Of a DNA stretch of 64,000 nucleotides, positions 50,076-63,768 are shown one piece after another (the stretch's first letter is position 1; every line of letters starts with the position of its first letter). The notes under the pieces are model-generated. The model saw only the letters and a program-made list of their open reading frames with translations. It did no database searches and was not told the DNA's origin. Source of the stretch: Carcharhinus amblyrhynchos (Eukaryota); the NCBI GenBank assembly GCA_965287045.1, contig OZ336870.1:58900001-58964000 (forward strand). Direction: 5' to 3'. Made by a program: the position numbers and the translations under genes.

Positions 50076-51294
50076 AGATTGTTTGTTAAGTGAGATCTTA
50101 AATTGATTCTGAAGTGAAGTGCAATTGTGCAGCATCCACTCTTGTTTTGCTCTATTATGGATAATTCCTGTGGTTATAAAGAGTAAGTTCAGCTTTGTAT
50201 TGCTTGAAAGCAAAAGTAATAACATTTAAATTTAAAAGTCTCAGAGGAGTGGGGAATCATGGGCATCTTAATGGCTTTCATTAGCCATGAACCTTGTTGT
50301 AGTTTGATGCCACACACAGTAAATTGATAACCTGGGATTCAGAAGGCTCTGTGAATGGACAATGATTCTGGATTTGAACACCAGCTTGAAAACAGAACTT
50401 GTCAGGTTGTGACACTAAGGCACTAGCTTTGCATGAATTTTACTTGGGAATCCTCATGATCCCTCAGCTTATAAAGAAATTTCATGATAAGGACAATTAG
50501 GAATGGGTAGCTGAACTTGCTGGCAATGCTGATATACCAAGAATATTTTAAAACATTCATTTAGGTATAAACAATACTTATTAATGTCATCCTCTGTTTT
50601 CTTCCAAAAATGATTGATCTGTCTTAAAAAAATTTTCAGAAGTATGTACTGATTCCAATTTCCAAAGATTGTTTTAAGCAGAAGCATTAAATTTATTAAA
50701 ACTTAAAATCGGCAGGATGTCCACTAGTCTCCCTGGGGATCTGTACTGGGGTCTCAGCTTTTGGAAGTGATTAAAGAGCAAACAAAGAACAAAGAAAAGT
50801 ACAGCACAAGAACAGACACTTTGTCCCTCCAAGCCTGTGCCAATCATGATGCCCTAACTACACTTAAAAAAATCTTCTGCCCTTACTCGGTCTATATCCC
50901 TCTATTTCCTCCCTACTCGGTCCATATCTCTCTATTTCATCCCTATTATCAAAGGACATTGACAGATTAGAGAATGCACAACTATGATAGTGGGAGTTCA
51001 ATGTGGAAAGTTTGATCAATTTTTATCTCTGTCTAACATTGCAAAGTGTTACTTTCTAACAATGCAAAATCCATTACTTTGGATGTAAGAGCAATAATTT
51101 GGAATTTTTTTAAACAGGGGCAGTTTATGAGATCATGTATACTAATACAAAGTGCACAGGTACAAATTGTCATCAAAAAAGTTGCTTAAATGTTGACCTT
51201 TACCTCACAGAAGCTGGAATAAAAACAAGAGTAAGTGATGCTTCAGTTGTAAAGATCCTTGGTCAGACCCATCTGGAGTACAGTTTCAACTAAA

Positions 51295-51560
51295 CAAAAC
51301 AGGTGGCAGCCACTCTCTGGACAATCAAAGTCAATCTGCCTGGTTTGAGTTTAAACAAAGCTTGGTAGGCAACTGTCAGTCTTCAATTAACTGGTGCATT
51401 CTCTGTGGCAATGCCTTTACCAATCAGAGTCCTCTTGCCAGCCAATCAGCACTCTTCTCGTGAAGGATAAATTGTTGTTCCCTTTACATGTAATAACTTG
51501 AGAATTATCGCAATGAGTGCCAGACCAAAAACTTTGACAGCATGTCTCTGTTCAGCCATA
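51295..51560 (+). mobile_element. Probable Penelope pseudo-LTR fragment inside an old CR1 (50720-51940)
   Basis: ccaatcag repeats followed by a decayed hammerhead-like aatgagtgccagaccaaaaactttgacagcatgtctc. Confidence 0.45.
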
Positions 51561-52689
51561 TTAAGCCAAGGGGTTAAATTATGGGGACACGTTTCAAAAA
51601 ATACATCACTTATTCTCTTTAAGTTAGAAGGTTGACTCAATAGTGTAGATACAGAGAAACTATTTCCGGAACAGGGAGATATAATCTTAAAATTAGAGCT
51701 AGGTTATTAAGGAGTGAAATTAAGTGGTACTTTTTCACTCAAAATGTATTAGATCTCAAACTAACTTTCTTCAAAGACTGTGAATACTAGGTCAATTAAA
51801 ATTTTTAAAATGGATTTTTTTTACATATTGATATCAAAAGGTATGTATCAATAGGGGTGCATGGAATTGAGCTACCATTCAGACATGATCTAATAGAAGA
51901 ATAGGCCTTGCTTAGCTTACTCCTGATGGCATGTTCCTTATCACTCTAAGCTTTTAGTGAAGTTCATTTTTACACATATTTGAACAAACAATAATGTAGG
52001 AAATATCATGGTTGCGCATCCTACAGTGTCGTATGAGGTTTATTTTGCCATGGAGAAGACCATTTGTGACCAGGTTCACTGGTCGACATTGTTGGAATTG
52101 AGATCGGTGATTGAGTTTTTGTTTCCTACAAGGCATGGGTCCAAAGAACAAAGCGGTCATGGTTTTGTGACTCAATTTATGTTGTAACTCAAGTGCAGAT
52201 GGTTGTCTTTCAGGAAAAGCATTATATTTGAAGCATATTTTCAGTGTGAGTAGGGAGAACTTAACTTTGTGTCTGGCCCGCTTGCTAAAGACACTTGTTG
52301 TGAGAATTAAAATTAACAATATTGTCTCCAGTACTGACAAACTAATGAACACTAAATTAGAAGTTGCATGCTCCTTTTGGTGGAAGAGCTAAGTCTTGAC
52401 AATGTTGTGCTTTATTGTACGGAACTTAAAATGCTGGGCAGCAAAAGAAGGAGACAAAGGTTTTAAAGTATGTGAAGCAAGTTTAAGACAATTGGTAGGA
52501 CATAGGTACATAGAATTACATTACTACAATATAAAAACAAATCATTTGGTTCAATTGGTCTGTGCCCATATCCATGCTCCACATGGTGCCACTTCCCACT
52601 CTACTTTTTCTCTTCATCTTGCCCAAGCAATATGTCATTTTCTATTCTTTTCTCCCTCATGTACTTAGACATTCATGCTAATCCTTTAA

Positions 52690-52945
52690 ATGTACAACAA
52701 GTTGTATTCATATGGCACACATAGTCTAGTAAAATGTCCTAGGCGGCTTCTCATAAGTGTGATCAAACAAAATTTGACATCAAGGCTTATAAGATGATGA
52801 TGTTAAGGTAACTGAAAAGAAAGTTGGGCTAAAGAAGTAGGTTTTAAGGAGTGTCTTAACAAATAGAGTGGTTGTGAGTCAGATGGTTTTCAGGTGAAAA
52901 TCCAGAGCTGAGGGCCTTTGCATCTGAAGACAAGGCTGCCAGTCA
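52690..52945 (-). mobile_element. L2 LINE 3' fragment
   Basis: gtaggttttaaggagtgtctt...tccagagctgagggcc...ctgaag is typical antisense L2; another L2-like piece at ~53600-53950. Confidence 0.55.
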
Positions 52946-53949
52946 TCATCCCCTTTATATAATTCAACATATATCCCATTTGTGAAATATGTTTCATTTC
53001 ATAGATTAGGAAGAACTATCAAGCATGCAGGATATCTATTTACCACAAGTTGATCACCATGAGCCATTGACAATTTGAATACTCTGTTATTCAATAATAT
53101 TCTTTATGCATTTGAACAATATTAATGGCTTTGCCATTGGTTTAGCAGTTCAGTTGACTTTTAATATTGTCAAATTTAAAGTGTATTATAACGTTACTTT
53201 GCAACAACCACTTCTACATGACTGTTTCCTTTTGTTTTAAAGAAGCTTCCTGTTTCTGTCACGTGAACAACACACACGTCTTTTTTCGAGTACACACTAT
53301 TCGTTTGATGTCAAATGTTTTAAAAAAACTTCCTGTTACACATTGCAAGTTAGAAAAGCAAAAGCCAATGGCCATGAACACAACATTGACAGAAAATTTT
53401 CCAGATAATGCGATCTCTGGAAGTCAAATGTGAAATCTCTGTAATGCAACAGAAAAAAGTGCGCGTGATGTAACATATTTTATATAGTACTCAGATAGGT
53501 GCAAAGAAGAACTTGCTCTAACAGAGCACTTTGAAGCCAGAAAAAAAAACCACAGCCTTTCACAATGCAAATCAGTGGCAGATGAATTAGAATAAATCGA
53601 AAGCACAGTTAAAAATATAGTTTGAGTGGCGCTTACAAGCAGAGAGAAGCAGGAAAGGAGAAGACGTTTTTATAGATAGACATGTTCCAAAGAGGAGAGA
53701 TGAAGCCACCACTGATTGGGGAACGGCTTTTCAGAGTGGCAGGGGTAGGAGGGAAAGGCATTGGTGGAGAGGACTACACAGAGACAAAGCCTGAAGGGCA
53801 CAGACATTAGTTGCAGTATTACAGTGAAGCAAAAGAGATTTGAAGGCAAGAACAATTTTTCTCAGTTCAGTGAGGTGGAGATCCATTGGAGTGGGGCTTT
53901 GTGTGGGTTGGGATGTAAATTGAAGATTTATGGATAAGTTGGTGAACAG

Positions 53950-54560
53950 AATACCTCAACCATTTCAAAGATTGAGACTGTGACCTTGCTCCTTCATTTT
54001 CACCCCCTTTTTTGTGCAAACCATTTTTGTGCCAATGTAACCCCCCATCCCCACCCCTGCCCCCAACCCACCCCCTCACTAGGACATCTGTCACTTTTCC
54101 CCTAAGTTTTGCTCTCCCTGAGCACTGACCTTTGTTCATCCATTAATACATTCACCTATCCTACCTTTCTGCCACTATCAGCATCTTCTATAGACTTTTC
54201 TCTATCTCATGCTCTACACATCTTTGTTGCAATCTCTCCTAGCTCCCAGTTATCGCTGACTTTCTACTCTGCTCCAACCCCTCTTATACAGTATATAATC
54301 CATTACATTTCTTCCTGTGCAAGAAGTGGCAACTGACTTTGGAGAATGGAAGATGCTGCCAGCGACTAATGGTGAACCACTTCCGCCACTGAAAAACCTG
54401 CTGTGGGGGGTGCGGGGGGGTGATTTGGGGCTGGAAAATCCTGACTCCTCTCTCTAGGTCTGAAGAAGGGTCATACAGACTTGAAAAGTTAACTCTTTTT
54501 CTCTCTCCAAATATGCTGATGGGCCTGCTGAGATTTTCTAGCATTTTCTGGTTTTATTTT
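53950..54560 (+). mobile_element. Penelope-like element 3' region with hammerhead-like core, interrupted by a MITE-like piece
   Basis: Pyrimidine-rich 3' UTR, then ctgaagaagggtcatacagacttgaaaagtt (54460-54490) and cctgctgagattttctagcattttctg shared with the fold-back elements. Confidence 0.65.
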
Positions 54561-54784
54561 ATATCATATGAAACAACCATTTCTCAATCAGGAAAAAAGG
54601 GTCACATAAAAAAAAGAAGACACCAAAAATACTTTTTTTGTCATTCTACTTTCCCATCACTTTTGTTTCTTCACTAAACTGATGGAAAGTGGGTGGTGAG
54701 ATGCTGGAGGAGGGTTGCTGAGACATTAATGCAAATGTGTTCTCTCAGCTGAAGAGACTGACTACAATGATTTATCTCAGTACA

Positions 54785-55342
54785 AGTTTCAATGTTTATT
54801 TATTAGTGCTACATGTAGACTTACATTAACACTGCAGTGAAGTTACTGTGAAAATCCCCTAGTCACCACACTCTGGCATCTGTTCGGGTACACTGTGGGA
54901 GAATTTAGCATGGCCAATGCACCTAACCAGCACGTTTTTCGGACTGTGGGAAGAAATCGGCGCAGATGCAGTGAGAATGTGCAGACTCTGCACAGACAGT
55001 GACCCAAGGTATTGAACCTGCGTCCTTGGCGGCATGGTGGCACAGTGGTTAGCACTGCTGCCTCACAGCGCCAGGGACCTGGGTTCAATTCCTGCTCAGG
55101 TGTGGAGTCTGCGCATTCTCCCCATGTCTGCGTGGGTTTCCTCTGGGTGCTCCGGTTTCCTCCCACTGTTTGAAAGATGTGCTGGTTAGGTGCAGTGATC
55201 TGAACAGGCGCTGGAGTGTGGCGATTCAAGGAATTTCACAGTAACTTCATTGCAGTGTTAATGTAAACCTTACCTGTGACTAATAAATAAACTCAACTTG
55301 GCACTGTAAGGCACAGTGCTAACCACTGTGCCACCATGCCAC
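54785..55342. mobile_element. V-SINE (+, ~55030-55295) nested in an antisense V-SINE (-)
   Basis: Minus copy 54785-55030 resumes at ~55297-55342; cttggc repeated at both junctions. Confidence 0.88.
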
Positions 55343-55934
55343 CATCATGCTACAGGTCAGAACTCGCTGCCTCCCAATCCCAGCCAATTCTCTTCTGGCC
55401 AGGGAAACCATTATTGAAAATAAATTTTATGTTAATTCATACCAACAACAAAAAGCATTAGATTTTGGATGTGTGTCTTTGGAAACTAGCAGAGGAGTTC
55501 TGTGTTACCATGTTCAACAGTTACTTGTCTAACAATACAACATTTTATATATCTGAGAACTGAAAGTTTGTAGCTTGGATCTTTTGTATTGTTTAATTTT
55601 AATACATGGACTGTTTGGAGCAAATGGGTTTCTATATTTTACTTTTGAAGGAGAAGTGAAATGTCCCATCTGAGAACAATATGGTTCAGTTAATATAATG
55701 CAGATCAGATAAGAGTAGATTTTTAGGTAATGGGCATGGCTTTTTGCCAGTTTTATATTATAGCTTGCAATGATGGGATGCCCTCAATGAGACAAGCATT
55801 GTGTTGTAAAAAACAAATAATTGTTTTAACTACACTATTGACTGTGGTGCCTAATTGTGTGAGAGCATGTGGCAGTGAATCCTGACTCACCGTGAGTAAT
55901 GTCATAAGATGCAGAGAGGCAGACAGTGGGGATA

Positions 55935-56965
55935 AAGAATGGCAGCTGGTGACTAATGGTGTGCCTCAGGGGTCAGTGCTGGGACCACAACTTTTCACAA
56001 TATGCGTTAATGGTTTGGAAGAAGAAACTGAAGGCACTTCTGCTAAGTTTGCAGATGATACAAAGATCTATAGAGCGACAGGTAGTATTGAGGAAGTGGG
56101 GGGATGTAGAAGGACTTGGACAGGATAGGAGAGTGGGTAAAGAAGTGGCAGATGTAATACAATGTGGAAAAGTGTGAGGTTATGCACTTTGGAAGGAGGA
56201 ATGGAGGCATAGACTATTTTCTAAATGGAAAAATGCTTAGGAAATCAAAAATACAAAAGGATTTGGGAGTCATTGTTCAAGATTCCTTTAAGGTTAATGT
56301 GCAGGTTCATTCAGCAGATGCAATGCAAAGTTAGCATTCATGTCGAGAGGGTTAGCATACAAGAGTAGGGATGTACTTCCAAGGCTGTATAAGGCTCTGG
56401 TCAGATTCCATTTGGAATATCGTGAATGGTATTGGACCCCATACTGCAAAGAAAGACGTGGTGGTCTTGGAAAGGGTCCAGAGGAGGTTCACAAGAATGA
56501 TCCCTGGAATGAAGACCTTGCCTTATGAGGAACGGTTGAGGACTCTGGGTCTGTACTCATTGGAGCTCAGAAGGATGAGGGGAGATCTTATTGAAACTTA
56601 CAGAATACTGCGAGGCCTAGATAGAGTGGACATGGAGAGGATGTTTCCACTAGTAGAGAAAACTGGAACCAGAGGGCACAACCTCAGGGACGGTCCTTCA
56701 AAACGGAGATGAGGACGAACTTCTTTAGCCAGAGAGTGGTGAATCTGTGGAACTGTTTGACGCAGAAAGCTGTAGAGGCCAGGTCATTGAATGTCTTTAA
56801 GACAGAAATAAATAGGTTCTTGATTAATAAGGGGGTCAGGGGTTAAGCAGAAAAGTCAGGAGAATGGGGATGAGAAAAATATCAGCCATGATTGAATGAC
56901 AGAGCAGACTCGATGGACCAAGTGGCCTAATTCTGCTCCTATGTCTTATGGTCTTTTGGTCTTAC
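55935..56965 (+). mobile_element. CR1 LINE 3' part
   Basis: VTNGVPQGSVLGPQLFTI...KFADDTKI; LERVQRRFTRMIPGM; tail tatgtcttatggtctt. Confidence 0.93.
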
Positions 56966-56969
56966 GCTG

Positions 56970-57322
56970 ATTTTTTTTATTCGTTTGTGGGACATGGGCA
57001 TCACTGGCTAGGCATAAATGGGCATTTATTGCCCAGCCCTAGTTCAGAGGACAGTTGAATGTCAACCCCATTGTTGTGGCTCTGGAGTCAAATGTAGGCC
57101 AGACTAAGTAAGGACGACAAATTCCTTTCACTAAAGGACATTAGTGAACAAGATGGATTTTTATGACAATCAACAATGGTTTTATGGTCATCACTAGGTT
57201 TAATTCCACATTTTTTATGGAATTCAAATTCTGCCATTTGCCATGGCAGGATTCAAACATGGGTCCCCAGAACATTAGCTGGATTAATATCCAGCAATAA
57301 TAACACTAGGCCATCACCTCCT
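56970..57322 (-). mobile_element. tRNA-derived SINE (family of 62369-62720)
   Basis: Reverse complement of the same head, core and gggcaataaatgc tail. Confidence 0.8.
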
Positions 57323-59619
57323 CAATCCTTTATTGTAAAATCCTTTATTATCAAGGATTAAGATGCAAGCATGAAATCATGTATATATTTTTGCAGATGG
57401 AGGAAAATGGGAGTTAAGGATAAATAGCGCAGAAACAAACAGAATTAGAGAGGATCCTGATTGGGATGCTTTGTCGGAGAGTTGGTGCTGACTTGATAGG
57501 CTGGATGGCCTCTTTCTGCACACTAGGAATTCTATGGTTTGAAGGGGCACAAGTCTCGAAATAAGGGATAGGCCATTTAGGACTGAGATGAGGAGTAATT
57601 TCTTCCGTCAGAGGGTGGTGAATCTTTGGAATTCTGTACTGCAGAGAGCTGCCGAAGAAGTGACTAGATTGCTGGATACCAATTACTTCATTGGATTTGG
57701 GGATAATGCAGGAAGGTAGCATTATTAAGGTAGAAGGTCAGTGATAGTTTAGTTACATAGTGGGGCAGGCTTGAGGGGCTGAATGGCCTACTCCTGCTCC
57801 TATGTTCCAATGTCCCTTCCCATTTATTCAATTCATCATGACTTTTTCCACAGTACTGGCTTCCACTGCCTGCCTCAGCAATCTATTCCAAATATTCATA
57901 GCCCTCTGGGCAATTGTCTGGGCACCTTCCCTTTTCTAAACTTGAATATGAATCCCTTGCTTAAAAAAAGTCCATGCAATTTATACATCCCTTTAAAAAT
58001 CTTGGACACCTCAGTTTCTCCAAAGTAAACAATCTAGCTATCCTTGCAGTTCAGATGCTTTAGGCTTGATTCAGGTGGGTTGATATTTTCTGTGCTGCCT
58101 CAAATGATTGTTTATGCATACATTCATACATATGAACATAAGTATTTTGTCCCTTGTCCCCTTACAGTTCATTTGCCATTGGTAGTTTTCATGATTGGTG
58201 TTGCTTGTTCCCATTTCTTACATATAAATCAATATACCCTGCATCTATTCAATTGCGATTGTAATCTTTTTAAGCAAATTATTTTTACAAGCTATTCCAG
58301 TACCCATGTCTCTCTGTAATAAAGCATTCCATGCTCTTAGCATTAACTTCATGAAAATATTTCTCCTCACCTTCATACTCATGTTCCCAGTGACAACTTT
58401 ATATTGGTCTAGTCATTTTCTTGCCTCAATCAGAGGAAATAGTGCTTTGCACTTTACCCACCTCTCCCATCATTTTAAAACTTCTCTGAAATTTCCTCTG
58501 CTCTAATGGGACAGGTCAAATTCCCTCAAGTCTCATCTCATAATTCTAATTTTTCATCCTTGGAACATTTCAGCTGAATCTACACAGTACTCTCCTCCAT
58601 GGCTTCGATGCCCTCTCTACAATGGGGCACTCGAAATTGGATATGGTACTCTCTGCCCTAAGCAATGTTTTGTAGAAATGTATCACAACATTTCCTGCTA
58701 ACCTGCAATGTCCCCCATAAATATTTTACAGACCTGTCAACATTTTATCACCAGAAACTGATGAGATTGTGCAATTTATATGCAAATTGAAATAATCTAT
58801 CTCGATATCATGACCCATGGGAGAATCCATTCTAATGCCAGTAATATCCATTTATCCTAACTCTTTGTTTCCTTTACACCAATCAACTATCAATCCATGC
58901 TGCTATATTACATGCCTCAATTTTCTAATAAGCCTATATGCAATCTCGTATTGATTAGTTTCTAGAAAACCATATAACGATATTACTTTCCCTTTACCTG
59001 GCCAATCACCTCTCCAAAAACATTAATCTTTACCCTTACTTAATTCTTCCGAATATTATATACAAATGTTGTTTGTTTTTTACTGTTTAGTAAGTGATCT
59101 ATTTCATTATGAAATCCCTTTGGTAGTCATCTTACACTTTCACAGAACAAAAATGAAAAACTCTGTATTGAATATAGGGTTTCCAATCGAAACACACAGA
59201 GACCTATACAATTTTAAATATAATGATTAAACCTAGCTACATAAATACATTTTTGTTTGCTTAAAATATGTCTCATGACATTTTCCATCAAAGACTCACA
59301 ATAACGGACCTGTCTCCAAGCTAGAGTTTCCTGCAGTTTATCTTGCTCAATGGCTCTATTCAAATGATGAAGATTTTCAACTACAGTAGAAGACTGTCAT
59401 TTTTCTAGCATTTTGCTCCAATTGTTTGAGTGATTTTAAAAAGAATTATCGTCGCTGAGACCCGCACTGCACTTTTCATTTCTTTGAATGCATTGTTCTG
59501 GCATAAGTTACATTGAGGATCCCTAAACATTCTGCAATTAATTAATGTGCATTAATGATGATAAAATAAGTTGCATCTCCAATTTCCATACTCATGGGTA
59601 CACCTGGGGTAGCCAGCCC

Positions 59620-60520
59620 AGACAAGTCACATCTGGCCAACTTGATTGAGTTCTTTGATATAAAAGGGAAGGTTGATCAAGGAAGTGCAGCAAATGTTGT
59701 AAATGGGATGTTCAGAGGGTATTCAACAAAATGCCATACTGGGAACTTGCTAAGAAGATGGGACCCCATGGAATTAAAGGAAAAACTGGCATGGATACGG
59801 AATTGGCTCAGTGACAGATAGTAGAGAGTGGTAGTAGATGAGTGTTTTCCAGTTTGAGAGGGAGTTTGCAATGGTATTCACCAAGCATCAGTTTGAGGCC
59901 CATTACTCTTAATTTTTGTAAACCACCTAGGCTCAGATGTAGAGAGTAACATTAAAAGTGTGAAGGTGATACAAAACTTAGTGAAGTTGTAGATAGAAAT
60001 GAGCGTGGTTGTGGACTTTAAGGTGACAGGGTGGTGAAATTGACAGAAGTCTTGCGGAGAAGTGTGAAGTAATGTCCTTGATGAAGGTTAACATGGAAAG
60101 ATAGTTTACTATAAATTGCATCATTTCGAGATGTGTAGATGACAAGAGAGGCATTAGTTTTAAATACCGATAGGTGGCACATATTGGTCATAAGATGGTG
60201 CAGAAAACACATGAGTTACTTGGACCTCAAAAAAGGATAGAATATTAACAAAAAAAGGATCAGGCTAGAACTTTATAAATCACTGGTTAAGCATCAACTG
60301 GCATATTGTGAACAATTTTGGGTACCTCACTTCAGGAAAGATGTAGGATAGAGAGAAGAATTACCAGGGTGTTACCAGAAATGAGTGACTTCAGTTTTGA
60401 AGAGTGGTTGGAAAAGTTAAATTGTCGTCCTTGGAACAGAGGAAGTTGAGAGCTGACCTAACAGATATTTTCAAGACTGATGAGAGGAGTGGATAGGAAA
60501 AAGTTATTTCCTCTGAAAGG
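59620..60520 (+). mobile_element. Old CR1 fragment
   Basis: KSHLANLIEFF...LAWIRNWLSDR; further old CR1 debris at ~57400-57810 (+), 58230-58700 (-), 60745-61335 (-) and 61880-63380 (+). Confidence 0.75.
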
Positions 60521-61344
60521 AGGAGTGTGCAGCAAGTCATTCCTGATAGTACTGGGGAAGATTTAGACTAATTTAGTTGGGGTATAGAAACCAGGAGGTA
60601 ATATCAGAGCAGAATATCAAAGTGCAAAGAATATTGGGAGAGACAGATCATATTAGATGAGAAAATAATAAGGTATTGGGTGGGTTCAGGATAAGAGGAA
60701 AAGTAATAGAGTCTAAATTGCACAAGACACAATAATTAAGAGCACGAGTAGAATATTTGGTCTCTCGAAACTACTCAACTATTTGATAAGATCATGGCTG
60801 ATCTGATTGTGGCTTTAATTGCACTTCTATCTCTGCCCCTCCTGCCCCTCAGCCTTTGACTCACTTGTTGATCAATAATCTACTTAACTCAGTTTTAAAT
60901 TTATTCAAAGAGCCATTCTCCACCGCTCTCTGGGATGGCGCATTTAACAGTCTAACAACCGTCAGAGAAAAAAAAACTTCTAATTTCATTCTTAAATGGG
61001 AGACCCCTAATTTTTAAATTATGTCCCCGGTTCCAGACACTCCCACAATGGGCCACATCATAGAATCCCTACAGAAGGAGACCATTTGTCCCATTGAACC
61101 TGTACCAACAACAGTCCCATTCAGACCCTATCCCTGTAGCCTGACAACATTACCCTGCTAGTTCCCCTGACACTAGGCCAGTTTAACATGGCCAATCAAC
61201 CCAACCCACACATCCTTTCAGCATTCAATCTCTTTAGTCCGTCAGGATTTTATGCGTTTCAATAGGATAACCTCTCATTTTCTCAAACTCCAATGGGTAT
61301 AGATCCAACCTGCTCAACCTTTCCTCATACAATTAGGGTTACAG

Positions 61345-61865
61345 TGTATGTCAGCTACGACTCTCACCAACTTTTACAGATGCAGCATAGAATGCCTTTT
61401 TTTCTGGTTGTATCACAGCTTCATATGACTCCTGCCCTGCCCAAGACTGCAAGGAACTACAAAAAGTTATGAATGTAGCTCAATCCATCACGCAAACCAG
61501 CCTCCCATCCATTGACTCTGTCTAGACTTCCTGCTGCCTCGGCAAAGCAGCCAGCATAGTTGAGGACCGCACACAGCCCGGACATTCTCTCTTCCACCTT
61601 CTTCTGTCAGGACAAAGATGCAAAAGACTGAGGTTATATACTAACTGACTCAAGAACAGCTTCTTCCCTGCTGCTGTCAGACTTTTGAATGGACTTACCT
61701 TGCGTTAAGTTGATCTTTCTCTACACCCTAGCTATGACTGTAACACTATATTCTGCATTCTCTTGTTTCCTTCTCTATGAATGGTATGCTTTGTCTGTAT
61801 AGTGCACAAGAAACAATACTTTTCACTGTATGTTAATACATGTGACAATAATAAATCAAATCAAA
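61345..61865 (+). mobile_element. Rex1/Babar LINE 3' end
   Basis: TLTNFYRC...GCITA...AQSITQTSLPSIDSV...LKNSFFPAAVRLLN; tail gtgacaataataaatcaaatcaaa. Confidence 0.9.
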
Positions 61866-62368
61866 AAGTGAACTAAGTGTAAGTAAGATAATGTTTAGAT
61901 GACTTAGGGGATCGTTATATCATAATGTTTAGGATAGCTATGGAAAAGGATAAGGAACAATCCAGAATAAGAATGACTAACTGTGGGAAAACAAACTTCC
62001 ATGTGGTTAAAATGGATTGAACCCAGATAAACTGGAATCAAAAGTGAACAGGTAAAATCATAACTGAACAATGGGCTATCTTTAATGAAGAATTTGTTCA
62101 TGCACAGTCAATGTGTATTCCCACAACGAGATAAGGCAGGACAAACAAATCCAGAGATCTCTGGATGATGAAATAGATTGAGATTGAGAGTAGGATGAAG
62201 CAGAAAAAATGTGATTATGAAAGATGTAAGATGGGTAATACAATTAAGAACTAGGCTGAATATAGAAGATTCGGAATGCAATTCAAAAATGAAACATAAG
62301 AAAAACAAAAAGAGAATATGGGAGGAGACTATTAGAATATTCTATACATTATATAGATATATATAAAA

Positions 62369-62720
62369 GGAGGCGATGGCCTAGTTATATTATCACTAGA
62401 CTATTAATCCAGAAACTCAGCTGATGTTGTGAGGACTCAGGTTTGAATCCTACCTTGGCAGATGGTGGGATTTGAATTCAATCAAAAATATCTGGAATTA
62501 AGAGTCTGTTGATGACTGTAAAACCATTGTCAATTGTTGGAAAAACACATCTGGTTCACTAATGTCCTTTAGGGAAGGAAATCTGCAGTCCTTATCTGGT
62601 TTGGCCTACATGTGACTCCAAAGCAATGTGGTTGTCTCTTGATTGTCATCAGGCAACAAGGGATGGGCAATAAATGCTGGTCAGCCAATGATACCCATGT
62701 CCTAAGAATGAATAAAAAAA
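62369..62720 (+). mobile_element. tRNA-derived SINE sharing its 3' tail with the LINE at 2030-3195
   Basis: A-box tggcctagttat, B-box ggtttgaatcc; tail gggatgggcaataaatgctggtcagccaatgatacccatgtcctaagaatgaataaaaaa. Confidence 0.85.
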
Positions 62721-63605
62721 GATGTAGGGTGGTAAGAGGAGGAGTGGGCCACATTAGGATGAGAAAGGAGACATGGAACATGGCTGAGATAGTAAATTAA
62801 TACATTGCATTTGTTTTTGTCAAGGAAGAAGATACTGTTCATGTCATGGTGAAAGAAAAGGCATTCCAGACACTTGCAGAGTTTAAAATTGATAAAGAGG
62901 AGGCTTTGGACCGTTTTCTGTACTTAAAGTTAGTAAGGATCTCAGAGTGGAAATTGTAGAAACCCAAGCCCCAATTTTCCAATCTTCCTTAGACTCATAG
63001 TTGGTGCCAGAGAACTAGAGAATTGCACAAGTTACAATAAAGGGTGTAAAGTTTAGCTCAGCAACTGTAGGCCAGTCAGTCTAATGTTGATAGTAGGAGT
63101 TTTTGAAGCAATAATTTGGGACAGATTTTAAAATCACTTGGGTAAATGGAAGACAGAACAGATGTATGAAGGACAAAATATATTTTACTAACTTCTGTGA
63201 GCATTTTGAGATATCTGGAAGGATTGATGAGGGCAGTGCTGTTGATGTAGTGCACATGAACTTCCAAAAGGCATTTCATAAAGTTCTGCAAACAGACGTG
63301 TGAGTAAAATTAGAGCTCATTGAACGAATAAAATGAACAGCATCAACATGGAAACAGGAGAGCAGGAGACAGAGTAGTGGTGAATAACAGAGCCTGGGTG
63401 AGTGGACAAGGTGGAAAACACCAGGGCTTGTTGCCTAAGGGAGCCTGGGCTCAAGCAAATATTTTCAAGCATTTCCAGTACAATAACAACATCACTAGCT
63501 GAGTACGCCTGTGAATTGGGATGCTTTAGACATTGCCCAAGCACCAGCAATCGTTGGCTGAGTTGAACGTGCCAGATTCCTTATTTACTTGCATCATCTT
63601 ATAAC

Positions 63606-63768
63606 CATAGAATTCCTACAGTGCAGAAAGAGGCCATTCAGCCCAATGAGTCTGCACTGACTCTCCGAAAGAGCCACCCCCCCCTCAATCCCTGCTCTAT
63701 ACCCATAATCCTGTGCATTTACCATAGGTAATCCACATAACCTACATACCTTTGCACTGTGGGCGGAA
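63606..63768 (-). mobile_element. HE1-type SINE 3' fragment
   Basis: catagaattcctacagtgcagaaagaggccattcagccc; similar fragments at ~15995-16080, 43520-43685 and 61058-61215. Confidence 0.75.

Noticed and set aside
50881-50946. 30-bp tandem repeat
   Set aside because: Simple slippage duplication within a CR1 tail
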